Virus record (IMG/VR): IMGVR_UViG_3300045988_137032
Span: 197,693 to 261,692 of that record
DNA length: 64,000 bases
Direction: 5' to 3' (one strand)
DNA from: a virus
Positions 17,706 to 27,444 of the stretch are shown piece by piece; within the stretch, counting starts at the first letter, position 1; every line of letters starts with the position of its first letter. The notes beneath the pieces are model-generated. The model was not told where the DNA came from. It saw only the letters and a list, made by a program, of their open reading frames with translations, and searched no databases. The position numbers were made by a program, and so were the translations under genes.

Positions 17706-18584
17706 ATGACTCTTGACAAAGACGTTGGTGTGATGTATCTTGCTGAAGAGACTTCTCCTGAGCAGAATACAGTCAAAGATCTCAAGGTTCATAATGATGG
17801 TGACGTCTTCTACGTTGAGTTTGAGTCTTGCATCCATTCATTTGGTGTCATGAACCGTAACTCCCGTATGTATGAAGCTGCTAATATCGAAGAGTGTCTG
17901 AAGACCGAGCGTATTCAGCACTATCTTTCCCATGGTGGTTGGTTTGGTGAGATGAACCATCCGACTCCGAAATATAAAGATCAGCCTCTGGCTCCTGAGC
18001 GTATTCGTGACATTGATATGGAGAATACTTCCCATAAGATGCTGAATCCTCATCTGGAGCGTAATCTTCTGGTTTCCCGTATTCAGAGCGATGCTGGTAC
18101 TGCTGCTGGTATGAATCTGGCTAAGAAGATGGTGCAGGGTTTCGTCCCTGGTTTTAGCTGCCGTGCTATTGCAACTATGACCATTAAGAACTCAAAGCCT
18201 GTCGTCAATGTGCGTCAGATCATTACCTACGACTGGGTTCTGTTCCAGTCTCATCGTGAAGCTGAGCAGATTCGTTCTGTGGATAATAAGTTTATCACGA
18301 AGAGTCCTGATGGTAATAAGGTTATTACCAATAACCATTTCATCAATGAATCTTCTGATATTGCTATTCCCATGAAGGATCTGATTGGTCGTATCTCCAA
18401 CAGTGATCCAAACGCTCAGGTTATGCTGGAAGGCTTTGATCTGGATATTGATTCTGTGATGGGCTTCACTCCAAACCGTAAGAATATGATTATCCGTGAT
18501 CAGGACTCCAATACTATTTACTGTGGCATCAACCAGAAGTCCAAGCGGATGGTAGATGATTTCTTCCGTTCTTTCGGTAAGTAA
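17706..18584 (+). CDS. prohead core protease (T4 gp21-like)
   Basis: 'VMNRNSRMYEAANIEECL...GGWFGEMNHPTP' aligns with T4 gp21 'VVNRNKRLYPKRILEKAV...QALGELNHPPR'. 'AAGMNLAKKMVQGFVPGFSCRAI' aligns with 'GPGDKLAANIRAGWIPGVSSRGL'. Confidence 0.8.
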   Translation: MTLDKDVGVMYLAEETSPEQNTVKDLKVHNDGDVFYVEFESCIHSFGVMNRNSRMYEAANIEECLKTERIQHYLSHGGWFGEMNHPTPKYKDQPLAPERIRDIDMENTSHKMLNPHLERNLLVSRIQSDAGTAAGMNLAKKMVQGFVPGFSCRAIATMTIKNSKPVVNVRQIITYDWVLFQSHREAEQIRSVDNKFITKSPDGNKVITNNHFINESSDIAIPMKDLIGRISNSDPNAQVMLEGFDLDIDSVMGFTPNRKNMIIRDQDSNTIYCGINQKSKRMVDDFFRSFGK

Positions 18585-18614
18585 TACTCATACTCATAAT
18601 GGAGGTGAGTACAC

Positions 18615-19340
18615 ATGAATTTATCTACACTCGTAACTCGTATCAAGATCGAGCTTGGATTATACTCCATTGCTCTTCCAGTTGAGAATGTCGATCAGTA
18701 TATCACGGATATCATTCAGAATATCACACTAAGAACTTTCAGTACGTATTGTCCTTATAAAGAAACTTACAGATTCGATTTGACTGATCTGAAAAGACTT
18801 GAAAAGCATGCGAACTGGGAGACTTATCTTCTTCCCGATATCTTCGTAGAAAGAGAAATCATGCAAGTCATTGACGTGCGTTATGATGAAGCTGATATCT
18901 CTGGCATTGGATATTGGGGCGGTGGTATTCCGATTCTCCACGGTAATATGCTGAATCAGGCCATCCTGTCAAATGCAGGTCTCGGTCTAACCAGACAGAC
19001 AGTTCCGAAGCTCTTATTCCATTACTATCCTCCTCGGAAAGTTCAGCTGTTCAACGTATTATGTAGTTCACAGCTTGTCTTCGAGATTGGACTAATGCAT
19101 GATAAGAATCTGAACTCTATCACTACCACTATGGAAGAATCCTTCCATAACTTGGCTGTCCTTGATGTGAAGGATGCGCTTTATCAGATGATGAAGCACT
19201 ACAATGAAATCCAGACAGCATATGGTAACATCAACATGAAGATTGATGATTGGCAGTCTGCTGCTGATCAGAGAAAGCAGCTTCTCGATGATTGGGATAA
19301 CTTGTACCAGATGGACATCATTCCATTTACATATGGATAA
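18615..19340 (+). CDS. hypothetical protein (possibly virion-associated, follows the protease)
   Basis: GGAGGTG SD; 241 aa. Position after the protease gene is the only functional hint. Confidence 0.6.
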   Translation: MNLSTLVTRIKIELGLYSIALPVENVDQYITDIIQNITLRTFSTYCPYKETYRFDLTDLKRLEKHANWETYLLPDIFVEREIMQVIDVRYDEADISGIGYWGGGIPILHGNMLNQAILSNAGLGLTRQTVPKLLFHYYPPRKVQLFNVLCSSQLVFEIGLMHDKNLNSITTTMEESFHNLAVLDVKDALYQMMKHYNEIQTAYGNINMKIDDWQSAADQRKQLLDDWDNLYQMDIIPFTYG

Positions 19341-19389
19341 AAGACGTTTTCTCTTTCATATTTTTCCTCCTTGATTCATATAACAGCCA

Positions 19390-19435
19390 GAAGATGACCC
19401 GTACTTAGTTTTGATTCTAAGTACGGGTCATCTTC
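19390..19435. terminator. bidirectional terminator between convergent genes
   Basis: 19-bp perfect stem gaagatgacccgtacttag/ctaagtacgggtcatcttc. Confidence 0.8.
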
Positions 19436-19437
19436 AC

Positions 19438-19623
19438 TTACAGATTACCGTATTTCTCGTTCATCTGCTTTGTAGTCATCTTTGAGTTCTTACGGGTAGT
19501 CAGGTAGTCATCGACCTTCTCATAGAGAAGTGCTGCCAGACCAATGCCGAAGAGAACAGCATAGACGGGAAATGCATCTTCACACATTTTCTGATAGTCG
19601 CTGTAAGACATATGTACGTCCAT
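19438..19623 (-). CDS. small membrane protein
   Basis: Start moved to the ATG at 19623 (GGAGGT SD). TM 'FPVYAVLFGIGLAALLY'. Confidence 0.55.
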   Translation of the reverse strand: MDVHMSYSDYQKMCEDAFPVYAVLFGIGLAALLYEKVDDYLTTRKNSKMTTKQMNEKYGNL

Positions 19624-19643
19624 GATAATATACCTCCAAAAAT

Positions 19644-19814
19644 TTATCTCGTTCCACCTAAGATAATCATAACTATGAAAACCACAAGCAGAATACAACC
19701 GAATGAGATTGCCGCTTTAACAACAAATGCAATCGTTGAAAAAATCAATGCGACAACACCGATTACAAATATAATGAAAGCCAATAGTAATAAAAGACAT
19801 CCACACATATTCAT
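19644..19814 (-). CDS. small two-TM membrane protein
   Basis: Start at 19814 or 19808, immediately after GGAGGA. The longer track ORF would begin inside the terminator hairpin 19831-19874. Almost entirely hydrophobic. Confidence 0.55.
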   Translation of the reverse strand: MNMCGCLLLLLAFIIFVIGVVALIFSTIAFVVKAAISFGCILLVVFIVMIILGGTR

Positions 19815-19830
19815 TCCTCCAAAAAAAGTA

Positions 19831-19874
19831 AAGAAGTAATAGATTGGACATCTTTCATCCATCTATTACTTCTT
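19831..19874 (-). terminator. intrinsic terminator
   Basis: 14-bp stem aagaagtaatagat/atctattacttctt, then a T-run on the minus strand, immediately before the GGAGGA SD of 19644..19814. Confidence 0.7.
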
Positions 19875-19887
19875 CGTTGTATTTGGT

Positions 19888-20190
19888 TTACTTTTTTAAC
19901 CGATTATTACAACAAGTGGAACAGCACTCATGCTGGCAATAATGCTCTTTTGCTTCCGGAGTTTTCTTATATACTGAAACGATATACTGAAGTTCTCTCA
20001 GCATATTCTTAGAATACTCACATCCAGGACATGCACAATTCTTACGAGCATTAATCTCATCTTTCAGCCATTCCTCAATCATAGGAATGCAAGTGCAGTT
20101 TGCTGTACGACCATTCTTACCAGTCCAAGGTAAATCAAGAGGAGTTCCAGCGCTTCTCTTACCACCACTACCATGCTGGTAGTATTTCAT
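19888..20190 (-). CDS. Cys-rich small protein
   Basis: ATG at 20190 (or GTG at 20196). Many Cys residues: 'CTC', 'CACPGC', 'CQHECCSTCC'. Confidence 0.55.
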   Translation of the reverse strand: MKYYQHGSGGKRSAGTPLDLPWTGKNGRTANCTCIPMIEEWLKDEINARKNCACPGCEYSKNMLRELQYIVSVYKKTPEAKEHYCQHECCSTCCNNRLKK

Positions 20191-20198
20191 GTCCACAA

Positions 20199-20441
20199 TT
20201 AATCACCTTCTTTATTTTCATCATAATGTGTGTATCTATATAGAAAATAGAATCCTCCGAGAAATGCTGCTACACCAACAAAAATATCTCCGGGATTCTG
20301 GATCATAATCAGATACTTCGGCACATCCAAATTACTCATAGTAAGTCTTACTGTAATGACGATTCCAGCAAGGAACATAATAAACGCTGTATGCTTATAC
20401 AGCATTTTCATTACATGATTATGATGATCGCTCTTTTTCAT
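20199..20441 (-). CDS. small membrane protein (two TM)
   Basis: Start moved to the ATG at 20441 (GGAGG SD 8 nt upstream). TMs 'FIMFLAGIVITV' and 'FVGVAAFLGGFYFLY'. Confidence 0.55.
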   Translation of the reverse strand: MKKSDHHNHVMKMLYKHTAFIMFLAGIVITVRLTMSNLDVPKYLIMIQNPGDIFVGVAAFLGGFYFLYRYTHYDENKEGD

Positions 20442-20504
20442 TCGTGAAGCCTCCATTCTCATGTTTTCTGTTAATTGATTGTCCGTAGGAGTATTTATAC
20501 AAAA

Positions 20505-20538
20505 AAATCCACAGTGAGTTTATCCCCACTGTGGATTT
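20505..20538 (-). terminator. intrinsic terminator after topoisomerase subunit A
   Basis: 12-bp stem aaatccacagtg/cactgtggattt, then T7 on the minus strand. Confidence 0.8.
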
Positions 20539-20545
20539 TATTTAC

Positions 20546-22909
20546 TTAGTCTACAGGATCATCAATTGTCACAGCCAGAATCTTATTCCGACTATTACCA
20601 CACTTGAAGACCTTCTTCGGAGATGCTGCTCTAGTAAGCAAAGGAACATCACCAGAAGAAATCGATTCATTGCCAGTCTTGGTATATGCATTGATCGTGC
20701 TACCGGGTTTAATCCCGCAGACTCTGACAAGACGCTCATTAGAATCCATCGTAAGGAGAGAAACCATTTCCTTCTTCTTAGTCAGAGGGAAATACTTCAT
20801 CTCAGTCACCTTTGCTCTGCCGAGATCAGTGACATAGAGAATGAATTTGTCCTTGGAAGAGATTCCGTTAAAGCCAACGCAATACTCGTTCTTGGAAAGG
20901 TTAATCATAGCCTTTCCCTGAGCAGCAGGCTTCAATACAGGAATATCGGAAAGCTCTTTCCGGAGTCCATTACCTTCATCGGTATAGATCACAATGTTGT
21001 TGATAGACTTATCAATAGAGAAAGCAACGTTAACGAGCTCATCTCCATCTGTCACATTGATTACAGACATGGTCTTGAAGTTGGAAGAAAGCTCATTGAT
21101 ATTGATAGCCTTCATGATACCATTTCTGGTAAGGAAGATACCAAAGATAGAATGCTTCTCAAGCTGAGCCTTTGTAGGTTGACGAAGAACTGCAACCACC
21201 TTGTCAATCCCCTTGCAATATCTTGCCAGAGGAATGCCATCATCATCAGGAGTTGCATCAGGGAGAGTATGAACCGGAATACGATACGCAATGCCATTGC
21301 TGTCAAATACGATCAAAGACCGTTCGTTATTGACAGGAATCACCATCGTACGAGTGCTCATCTTTTCCCCGATCTTACCAACATTACTCTCTTCGAGGAG
21401 TACCTTCTTAATGAATCCATCCTCAGAGACAGCAACGCAATGATCAGTGGCTTCAATTTCATCATCATTGCCTTCTTTCACAACGGCGCTCTTACGAGGA
21501 GTACCAAACATCTTAATGCCATCTTTCAGCTGCTGGATGATAACTTCATCAATCTTGGAATCATTATCCAGAGTAGCTTCCAGATCTTTAATCTGCTTGA
21601 TAAGCTCAGGGCCCTTTGCCTTATATGCGCTATAAGCTTCCTTCGTGAATGCCTGAATACGCATATTAGAAATGGTGGTTGCTTGCTGTGAATTGATACC
21701 GTACTTGGCCATCAATGCTTTTGCAAATGTGTCCTTGTTAGCAGACTCACGTGCAAGCTTGATGGTAGCTTCTGCATTCTTTCCCTCAAGGATAAGAAGC
21801 AGAGCATCGTTGATATTCTTCTCTTCCATCGTAGCAATCAGCTTCGAGTTAAAAGAAGAACGTACGGTATCTCTACGATAGGAAATCCAATCCAGAAGGA
21901 AAGACTTTACACCGTAGTCATAATCACGATAGTCATCGACCATCTTAAGACCAACCGGATAAGTCTTCTTCAGACCAGTTCCCTTCGTATAGAGTTTCTC
22001 GATCGTTTGATAAGGATTTGCGTTCTGGTCGAGATAGATAAGCGTTTTCACCGTACGCTCACCAGAGTAATCCTTGATGTCTTTGATCTCATCAAAGACC
22101 TTCTTCTCACGAAGTTCAACGATCTTACGGATAATGTCGTCGATAGTAGTCTGAAGAGGAATAGAGGTAATCGTAATGATATTCCTCTGAGAATCCACTT
22201 CGCATCTACCACGAAGTGTGAATGTGCCAATACCATCGGTATTGATCTTCTGGAATTGGCCATCATCCACAATGTCTGCTCCCGTAGGAGAATCCGGAAT
22301 CAAGAGAATCTTTGCATCCGAGTTCTTCAGGAGCGTAATGGTTGCATCCAAAACTTCCTTGAAGTTGAACGGAGGAATATTAGATGCAAATGCATAACCA
22401 ATACCAGACAGCTGAGGATTGATCAATGCATTGGGATATTTTGCAGGAAGATATTCAGGCTCCACATCGTCTCCAGTATACGTAGGCTTCATGTCTACAT
22501 TGGAGATATCGAAATCCTTGAAGAAGCATTCCAGTGCATACTTAGAGAGTTTGCACTCGATGTATCGAGAAGCTGCTGCTTCATCGGACTTATAGGAACC
22601 GAAGTTACCCTGACCTTCAACTGTAGTCAGATTATTTGCAATCGGAGAAGCCATCTTTGCACCAACGTCTTCAACCGATGCAGAGCCATGAGGATGATAT
22701 GCTGCTGTTGTATCGGCAGCAGCTTTTGCCATCTTAATGAATTGAGTACGACCCTTTCCCTTATAGAGAGAATACAGGAATCGTCTCTGGACAGGTTTCA
22801 ATCCGTCAATCATAGACGGGATAATACGATAGAGGTTCTTATTTGCACCAAAGAGCTTGATGTAATTTTCACACTCTTCTGCAAGATTCTTACGAATTAT
22901 TTGCTCCAT
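20546..22909 (-). CDS. type IIA DNA topoisomerase, subunit A (GyrA/ParC/T4 gp52-like)
   Basis: 'IDGLKPVQRRFLYSL', 'AAYHPHGSASV', 'AASRYIECKLSK' (catalytic Tyr context). ATG at 22909 with AAAGGTGA SD. Confidence 0.9.
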   Translation of the reverse strand: MEQIIRKNLAEECENYIKLFGANKNLYRIIPSMIDGLKPVQRRFLYSLYKGKGRTQFIKMAKAAADTTAAYHPHGSASVEDVGAKMASPIANNLTTVEGQGNFGSYKSDEAAASRYIECKLSKYALECFFKDFDISNVDMKPTYTGDDVEPEYLPAKYPNALINPQLSGIGYAFASNIPPFNFKEVLDATITLLKNSDAKILLIPDSPTGADIVDDGQFQKINTDGIGTFTLRGRCEVDSQRNIITITSIPLQTTIDDIIRKIVELREKKVFDEIKDIKDYSGERTVKTLIYLDQNANPYQTIEKLYTKGTGLKKTYPVGLKMVDDYRDYDYGVKSFLLDWISYRRDTVRSSFNSKLIATMEEKNINDALLLILEGKNAEATIKLARESANKDTFAKALMAKYGINSQQATTISNMRIQAFTKEAYSAYKAKGPELIKQIKDLEATLDNDSKIDEVIIQQLKDGIKMFGTPRKSAVVKEGNDDEIEATDHCVAVSEDGFIKKVLLEESNVGKIGEKMSTRTMVIPVNNERSLIVFDSNGIAYRIPVHTLPDATPDDDGIPLARYCKGIDKVVAVLRQPTKAQLEKHSIFGIFLTRNGIMKAININELSSNFKTMSVINVTDGDELVNVAFSIDKSINNIVIYTDEGNGLRKELSDIPVLKPAAQGKAMINLSKNEYCVGFNGISSKDKFILYVTDLGRAKVTEMKYFPLTKKKEMVSLLTMDSNERLVRVCGIKPGSTINAYTKTGNESISSGDVPLLTRAASPKKVFKCGNSRNKILAVTIDDPVD

Positions 22910-23002
22910 AAAAATCACCTTTCATATTTCTTTTGGTAGTTTGTATTTACATAATACACCATCCTATATATACGTTACTTAGACTATTGATTTACAGAAA
23001 GA

Positions 23003-23050
23003 ATGATATGGACAGTGTAACTACACGAGGTAATACACTGTCCATATCAT
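23003..23050 (-). terminator. hairpin between the topoisomerase B and A genes
   Basis: 17-bp perfect stem atgatatggacagtgta/tacactgtccatatcat. Only a weak T-tail, so it may be a processing site or partial terminator. Confidence 0.55.
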
Positions 23051-23085
23051 AACATGATGAAGAGAGTTTTCAATGAATGAATTAA

Positions 23086-25509
23086 TTAGTTGTCCAGATC
23101 ATCGCGTTTAATTTTGTAAGCACTCATCATCTCTTTACGTGCACGGAGATCATCCTCCGTAGTACCATGAAGCTTTGCAAAGATCTTCAGATCATGCTCC
23201 ACATCATCCATGGTGAGCTGAATGAGAATGCGATTATTGGGATCAAGAGTAGTATCCCAAAGTTCCTTACCATTTGCTTCACCAAGTCCCTTAAAGCGAG
23301 ACAGAATACGTGCTTTGTACTTATTGGCAGAATCAAGGAATTCGCCAATGCTCATCTTCTGCTCAGGGCCATCCTTCTCACGAACCTTCATACCATATCC
23401 ATATTCTTCATAGATCGGAATGAGGTCTTCGACCTTCTTGATGAAACGGTCAGTAATCTTGATGGACTGGAACTTACCATCGATAATACCAGTAATGGAT
23501 CCCTTGTCAGTTACTTTCAACTCAGGGAATTTCTTCTGGAGCATCTCGGTAAACTTCAGCAGGAACTTCTGGTTCGCAAAGAGAGATGCAATATCACTCT
23601 TAGCATATCCATTCATAACGAGATAGGCTGCAATTCGTTCCACAAGGAACTTATTGACGCCGAAGTGATTTGCTACACGGGTCAGCTCATCAGGATAGAA
23701 TTCAGTATCATAGATGAACTGCTTAAAGACAGAATTCTTCAGATAGTCTTTACCAGCGCTTTTAAGGATAACCTTGTAGTTCTTCAGTACCTTATCCTGA
23801 TATGCTTCGATGTACTCGTTCTTTGAACGGACAAACGGAGTCTTCTTATCATCAATATGATACAGAGGAGCAATTGCCTTATAGAGCTTACCAGCCTTTA
23901 CCAGCTCCGGCATATACAGTGCATGGAAAGCACCAATACCAGAGGAGATATTATAGCCATCGACATCAGAGTCTGTCTCAATGATAATCTTGTCATAGTA
24001 GCAATTGGCAAGATTAAACTTGGGGCCAAAGTTCGTCTTCAGAAGTTTGACGTAGGTATACCATTCCTTATTATTCAGAATGGTAGCAGCATCTCTCTTG
24101 AAGCCATTGGCCGTAACACCACGGAAGCTAAAGAATGCCTGTGTATCAGGATCACGTCCGTTCACCAGAGAACCTGCTGCGGAACGTCCCTCACAGATAT
24201 GCAGTTCCTTATATGCTTTACCGTCGTTGTTACAGGGAGTAAAGTTTGGAATCTTATGCTTGTCGAACTTATTGACAGTTTCCTTGATTGTCTGCTCACG
24301 AATCTTGGATGCATCAACACGAGCTTTGCAGTTCGTCTTAATGACCTTCACGATAGATGCAAGTTCATCCTTATGCTCAGAATCAGTATAGTACTTCTCC
24401 AGAGCATCCGTAGCAATTTGCTTAATAGGATTAAACAGCATATCGTTGGAGATCTCATTCTTCGTCTGACCAACGAACTGCATCTGAGCATCCGTGAAGA
24501 TATTCACAACCAGATTCATACCGGATTCGATATCAACCTTCAGAATGGAATACTTATTCTTCTCACGGTCAGACAGAGCCTCATTGGTCTTCTTCATAAA
24601 GAATCTCCAGATAGCTTCACGTACTGCATTCAGATGAACACCACCAGAGGTAGTATTGACATAGTTACAGAACGAATCCACCCAAGGCTCCAGAGTCGTA
24701 GAATAGCAGAAGGAAAACTGCAAGGAAAGACTTCTCTTGATCGTCTTCTCTCCACGATAGTCTTCTGTCAGTTTGGTATCTCCGGAGAAATTCTTCGGCT
24801 TAATGAGCATCGTATCCGTCACATGAGACTTCAAGAGATCACTCAGATTACCGGACTTATACTTCGTGGTAGAGATCACTTTCTCCATACCCTTCACAAC
24901 CGTATAGACGATCTTACAATCGGAAGGGATAAAATACGAAATACCATCCAGCCATTCTTTCAGATCATCCTTATTGATGATTGCAGATTTTCCGAGGTAC
25001 TTCGTAGAGGGAATAAACTTGAGAATACAACCGTGCTTCTTAGAAGTTTTTCTCGTAGAATCTTTCACAAGATTGCCGGATTCAAACTCAATGGTATGAC
25101 ATGTACCATCACGGTGAGATTCCCAACGGAATAACGAAGACAGAGCATTGGTTGCAGTCAGACCAACACCGTTTTCGCCAGAGGAAGCACCACCCTGTTC
25201 ACGGGTGAACTTACTACCGGAATTTAACTTAGTGCAAAGAATCGTCATCGGGATTTCAGCAGTCTCAGGAATACCACGACCATCATCCTCTACCTTCAGA
25301 GAACCATCGTTCACATCCAGAGTTACCTCGATATTCTTTGCAGGACTTTTAGGGTTGGCACATTCATCAATAGCATTCTGAATAACTTCCTTTGCCAGAT
25401 GCAATGCACCCTTACGGCCGACATACGAAATATACATGCCGGTCTTCATTTGAATCTTTTGAATATCCGACTCGATGTATTCCATCTTGTCATCTTTGTA
25501 TTGTGCCAT
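23086..25509 (-). CDS. type IIA DNA topoisomerase, subunit B (GyrB/ParE/T4 gp39-gp60-like, unsplit)
   Basis: GHKL motifs 'KEVIQNAIDE', 'EDDGRGIP', 'GENGVGLTA'. Toprim 'ICEGRSAAGS' and 'IETDSDVDGYNI'. 'RFKGLGEANGKELWDTTLDP'. Confidence 0.9.
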   Translation of the reverse strand: MAQYKDDKMEYIESDIQKIQMKTGMYISYVGRKGALHLAKEVIQNAIDECANPKSPAKNIEVTLDVNDGSLKVEDDGRGIPETAEIPMTILCTKLNSGSKFTREQGGASSGENGVGLTATNALSSLFRWESHRDGTCHTIEFESGNLVKDSTRKTSKKHGCILKFIPSTKYLGKSAIINKDDLKEWLDGISYFIPSDCKIVYTVVKGMEKVISTTKYKSGNLSDLLKSHVTDTMLIKPKNFSGDTKLTEDYRGEKTIKRSLSLQFSFCYSTTLEPWVDSFCNYVNTTSGGVHLNAVREAIWRFFMKKTNEALSDREKNKYSILKVDIESGMNLVVNIFTDAQMQFVGQTKNEISNDMLFNPIKQIATDALEKYYTDSEHKDELASIVKVIKTNCKARVDASKIREQTIKETVNKFDKHKIPNFTPCNNDGKAYKELHICEGRSAAGSLVNGRDPDTQAFFSFRGVTANGFKRDAATILNNKEWYTYVKLLKTNFGPKFNLANCYYDKIIIETDSDVDGYNISSGIGAFHALYMPELVKAGKLYKAIAPLYHIDDKKTPFVRSKNEYIEAYQDKVLKNYKVILKSAGKDYLKNSVFKQFIYDTEFYPDELTRVANHFGVNKFLVERIAAYLVMNGYAKSDIASLFANQKFLLKFTEMLQKKFPELKVTDKGSITGIIDGKFQSIKITDRFIKKVEDLIPIYEEYGYGMKVREKDGPEQKMSIGEFLDSANKYKARILSRFKGLGEANGKELWDTTLDPNNRILIQLTMDDVEHDLKIFAKLHGTTEDDLRARKEMMSAYKIKRDDLDN

Positions 25510-25618
25510 AAAATCGCCCTTTCTATTTTCATGCGTAGTCCTATACGGATTAAATGAAAGTTTCCCATATTCTTGGATTAAATCCTTCGGAACATAGTAA
25601 CTTGTCTAGCATGAAAAA

Positions 25619-25662
25619 AAGAATCCCACATGAATCGACTATCGAAATCATGTGGGATTCTT
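25619..25662. terminator. bidirectional-type terminator after the tubulin operon
   Basis: 15-bp stem aagaatcccacatga/tcatgtgggattctt, flanked by an A-run and a T-run. Confidence 0.8.
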
Positions 25663-25738
25663 TTATTTAACTGCAGTTAAATACAGCAATTTTGACGCGA
25701 TTGCTATACTTAGAATTTCGACTTACCTAAGTCTGGAA

Positions 25739-26311
25739 TTAGTACCAACCACCGGTAGCACCATTGTTGTGGTTACCACCATTCTTATGATTCTTCTTGT
25801 TGCCGCTGATCTCATCATCCTTGATGACGATGCTCAGGAACTTACGGTCGACCTTGTTGGCCAGCTTCTCACGGTTCATGGTGCAGAAGTGGGAACGCTC
25901 AACGGGAACACCAGGACGCATCATGCCCTTTGCGAAACCGATCTGGTCACGAACCTCACGCATTGCGTTGACCTGCTTATCGAAATCGTCCAGACCAACT
26001 GCAACGGAAGGAATGTCACGGCCGCAGATACGGCAGGTGATCATACCATCTGCACTCTTATAGGTGGCTGCCTTGCGCTTGCCCTTCTTGTTGTTGAAGC
26101 AGTGCATGCAGCCTGTCTTCAGCATCTTCTTATCGCCCTTATTCAAGCCCTTCAGCTTGAAGCGCTTGGACAGATGATCGGAAATGCTGGAGATGGGATC
26201 AGACATGGCCTTGCTGGCGAGCATCTGATTCATCGAACGCTCGTCGATCTTCTTGCCGATCTTGGCCATCTTCTTCTCGGAAAGACCACCCTTATACTTA
26301 TTCTTGCTCAT
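25739..26311 (-). CDS. basic zinc-ribbon protein with Gly/Asn-rich C-terminal tail (orphan)
   Basis: AAGGAGGA SD. Lys-rich. 'CMHC' ... 'CRIC'. Tail 'NKKNHKNGGNHNNGATGGWY'. G/C-ending codon class. Last gene of the tubulin transcription unit. Confidence 0.7.
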   Translation of the reverse strand: MSKNKYKGGLSEKKMAKIGKKIDERSMNQMLASKAMSDPISSISDHLSKRFKLKGLNKGDKKMLKTGCMHCFNNKKGKRKAATYKSADGMITCRICGRDIPSVAVGLDDFDKQVNAMREVRDQIGFAKGMMRPGVPVERSHFCTMNREKLANKVDRKFLSIVIKDDEISGNKKNHKNGGNHNNGATGGWY

Positions 26312-26329
26312 TGTATTTTCCTCCTTGTA

Positions 26330-27325
26330 TTAGAAATACTTCTCGTTATCCTTGTTACGCTCAATGATCTTCTTCATAGCATTGAGCGTCTTCGGATACT
26401 CATTCTCCGGCAGGCTGCTGATATAGAACCGGCGAGCACTGTCACGATTGTTGTTCTCGTCATCCTTACGCCAATTGACGTACAGAGTGAGAACCAGGTT
26501 GATGGTTTCCTTATCCAGAGTTTCCAGCTTGGTGAATGCCCAAGTGGTGAGGTCGTTGAACAGCTTCTTCTGAGTCTCAGTCATGCTGTTCATGCGCTCC
26601 TTCTTCTCCAGAATGACGCATGCGATAAAGGTCGGGATATACTCCTCGCCCTTACGGAAGATGAAGTCGATGAGATCACCGACATCAACTGCCAGCGGCT
26701 TATCCTTAGCCATCGCATACATGGAAGTCAGAAGCTTACGATAGATGTAGAACTTCTTGCTGCTACGGTCGTCGTTCTTGATATTCAGAATCTCGACCGT
26801 CGGAATGATGCACAGGCAGCTGTATGCGGTTGCCTCATCAATACCGGATTTCTTAGCCTTCTTCAGGCGCTTGGCCATAATGGCCTTGCTGGTCTCAAGC
26901 ATATCATCGATATCCGGGACCTTGGTCTCACTGTCAGTGGACTCATTGTTGCACTGACGGGTCAGAGACTCAGCGATGTCCTGGCAAATGACAGGATAGA
27001 GAACCATGTTCTCAAAGCCATCACCCTTATCCACCGACTTGAAGGTAACCTTCACGAAATCGGGATCGGTGATGACCTCATAGAGATCGTTCTTGATCTC
27101 CTTAACCTCGTTCCGATAACCATACTTGATCAGAAGAGGAATCACGGCATGACCGAACACGTCGAGCTTCTCAGCAAAGAATGCTTTCTTTGCTTCCTTC
27201 TTGGAAGAATAGAAGTCGTTCTCCTTCTTCCACTTCTTGAAGGTGATCATGAAACCCTTGGTCACGTCCTTGGGAATCTTAAATTCCCCACCACCACGGT
27301 TACCGTTGTTGTTTTTCTTAGACAT
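26330..27325 (-). CDS. hypothetical helical protein with Gly/Asn-rich N-terminal tail (orphan)
   Basis: Start moved to the ATG at 27325 (AAGGAGGC SD). N-terminus 'MSKKNNNGNRGGGEF'. 331 aa. Confidence 0.7.
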   Translation of the reverse strand: MSKKNNNGNRGGGEFKIPKDVTKGFMITFKKWKKENDFYSSKKEAKKAFFAEKLDVFGHAVIPLLIKYGYRNEVKEIKNDLYEVITDPDFVKVTFKSVDKGDGFENMVLYPVICQDIAESLTRQCNNESTDSETKVPDIDDMLETSKAIMAKRLKKAKKSGIDEATAYSCLCIIPTVEILNIKNDDRSSKKFYIYRKLLTSMYAMAKDKPLAVDVGDLIDFIFRKGEEYIPTFIACVILEKKERMNSMTETQKKLFNDLTTWAFTKLETLDKETINLVLTLYVNWRKDDENNNRDSARRFYISSLPENEYPKTLNAMKKIIERNKDNEKYF

Positions 27326-27444
27326 AATTTTTGCCTCCTTGTTTTTAACGGTATATATATTATCCCACAAAAGAGGGGATAGTCAAATTTACCAGAGTGT
27401 AACCACACTGCTAAATAACTATTCCCTCTTAAATGAAATCAGAT

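Noticed and set aside
27351-27365. Plus-strand occurrence of a promoter-like word (TATATATATTAT) just upstream of the 26330..27325 start region
   Set aside because: It is an imperfect match in the wrong orientation relative to all nearby genes, and only shadow ORFs lie downstream on the plus strand. It is probably chance in AT-rich DNA. Similar weak matches at about 22955-22965 and about 46926-46947 were also not called.
25652-27382. 576-aa plus-strand ORF, the longest uncharacterised ORF in this area
   Set aside because: It is antisense to two well-supported minus-strand genes that have SDs. Its Leu/Val/Ile-rich low-complexity translation has no SD. It is a typical shadow ORF produced by the G/C-ending codon bias of the opposite strand.
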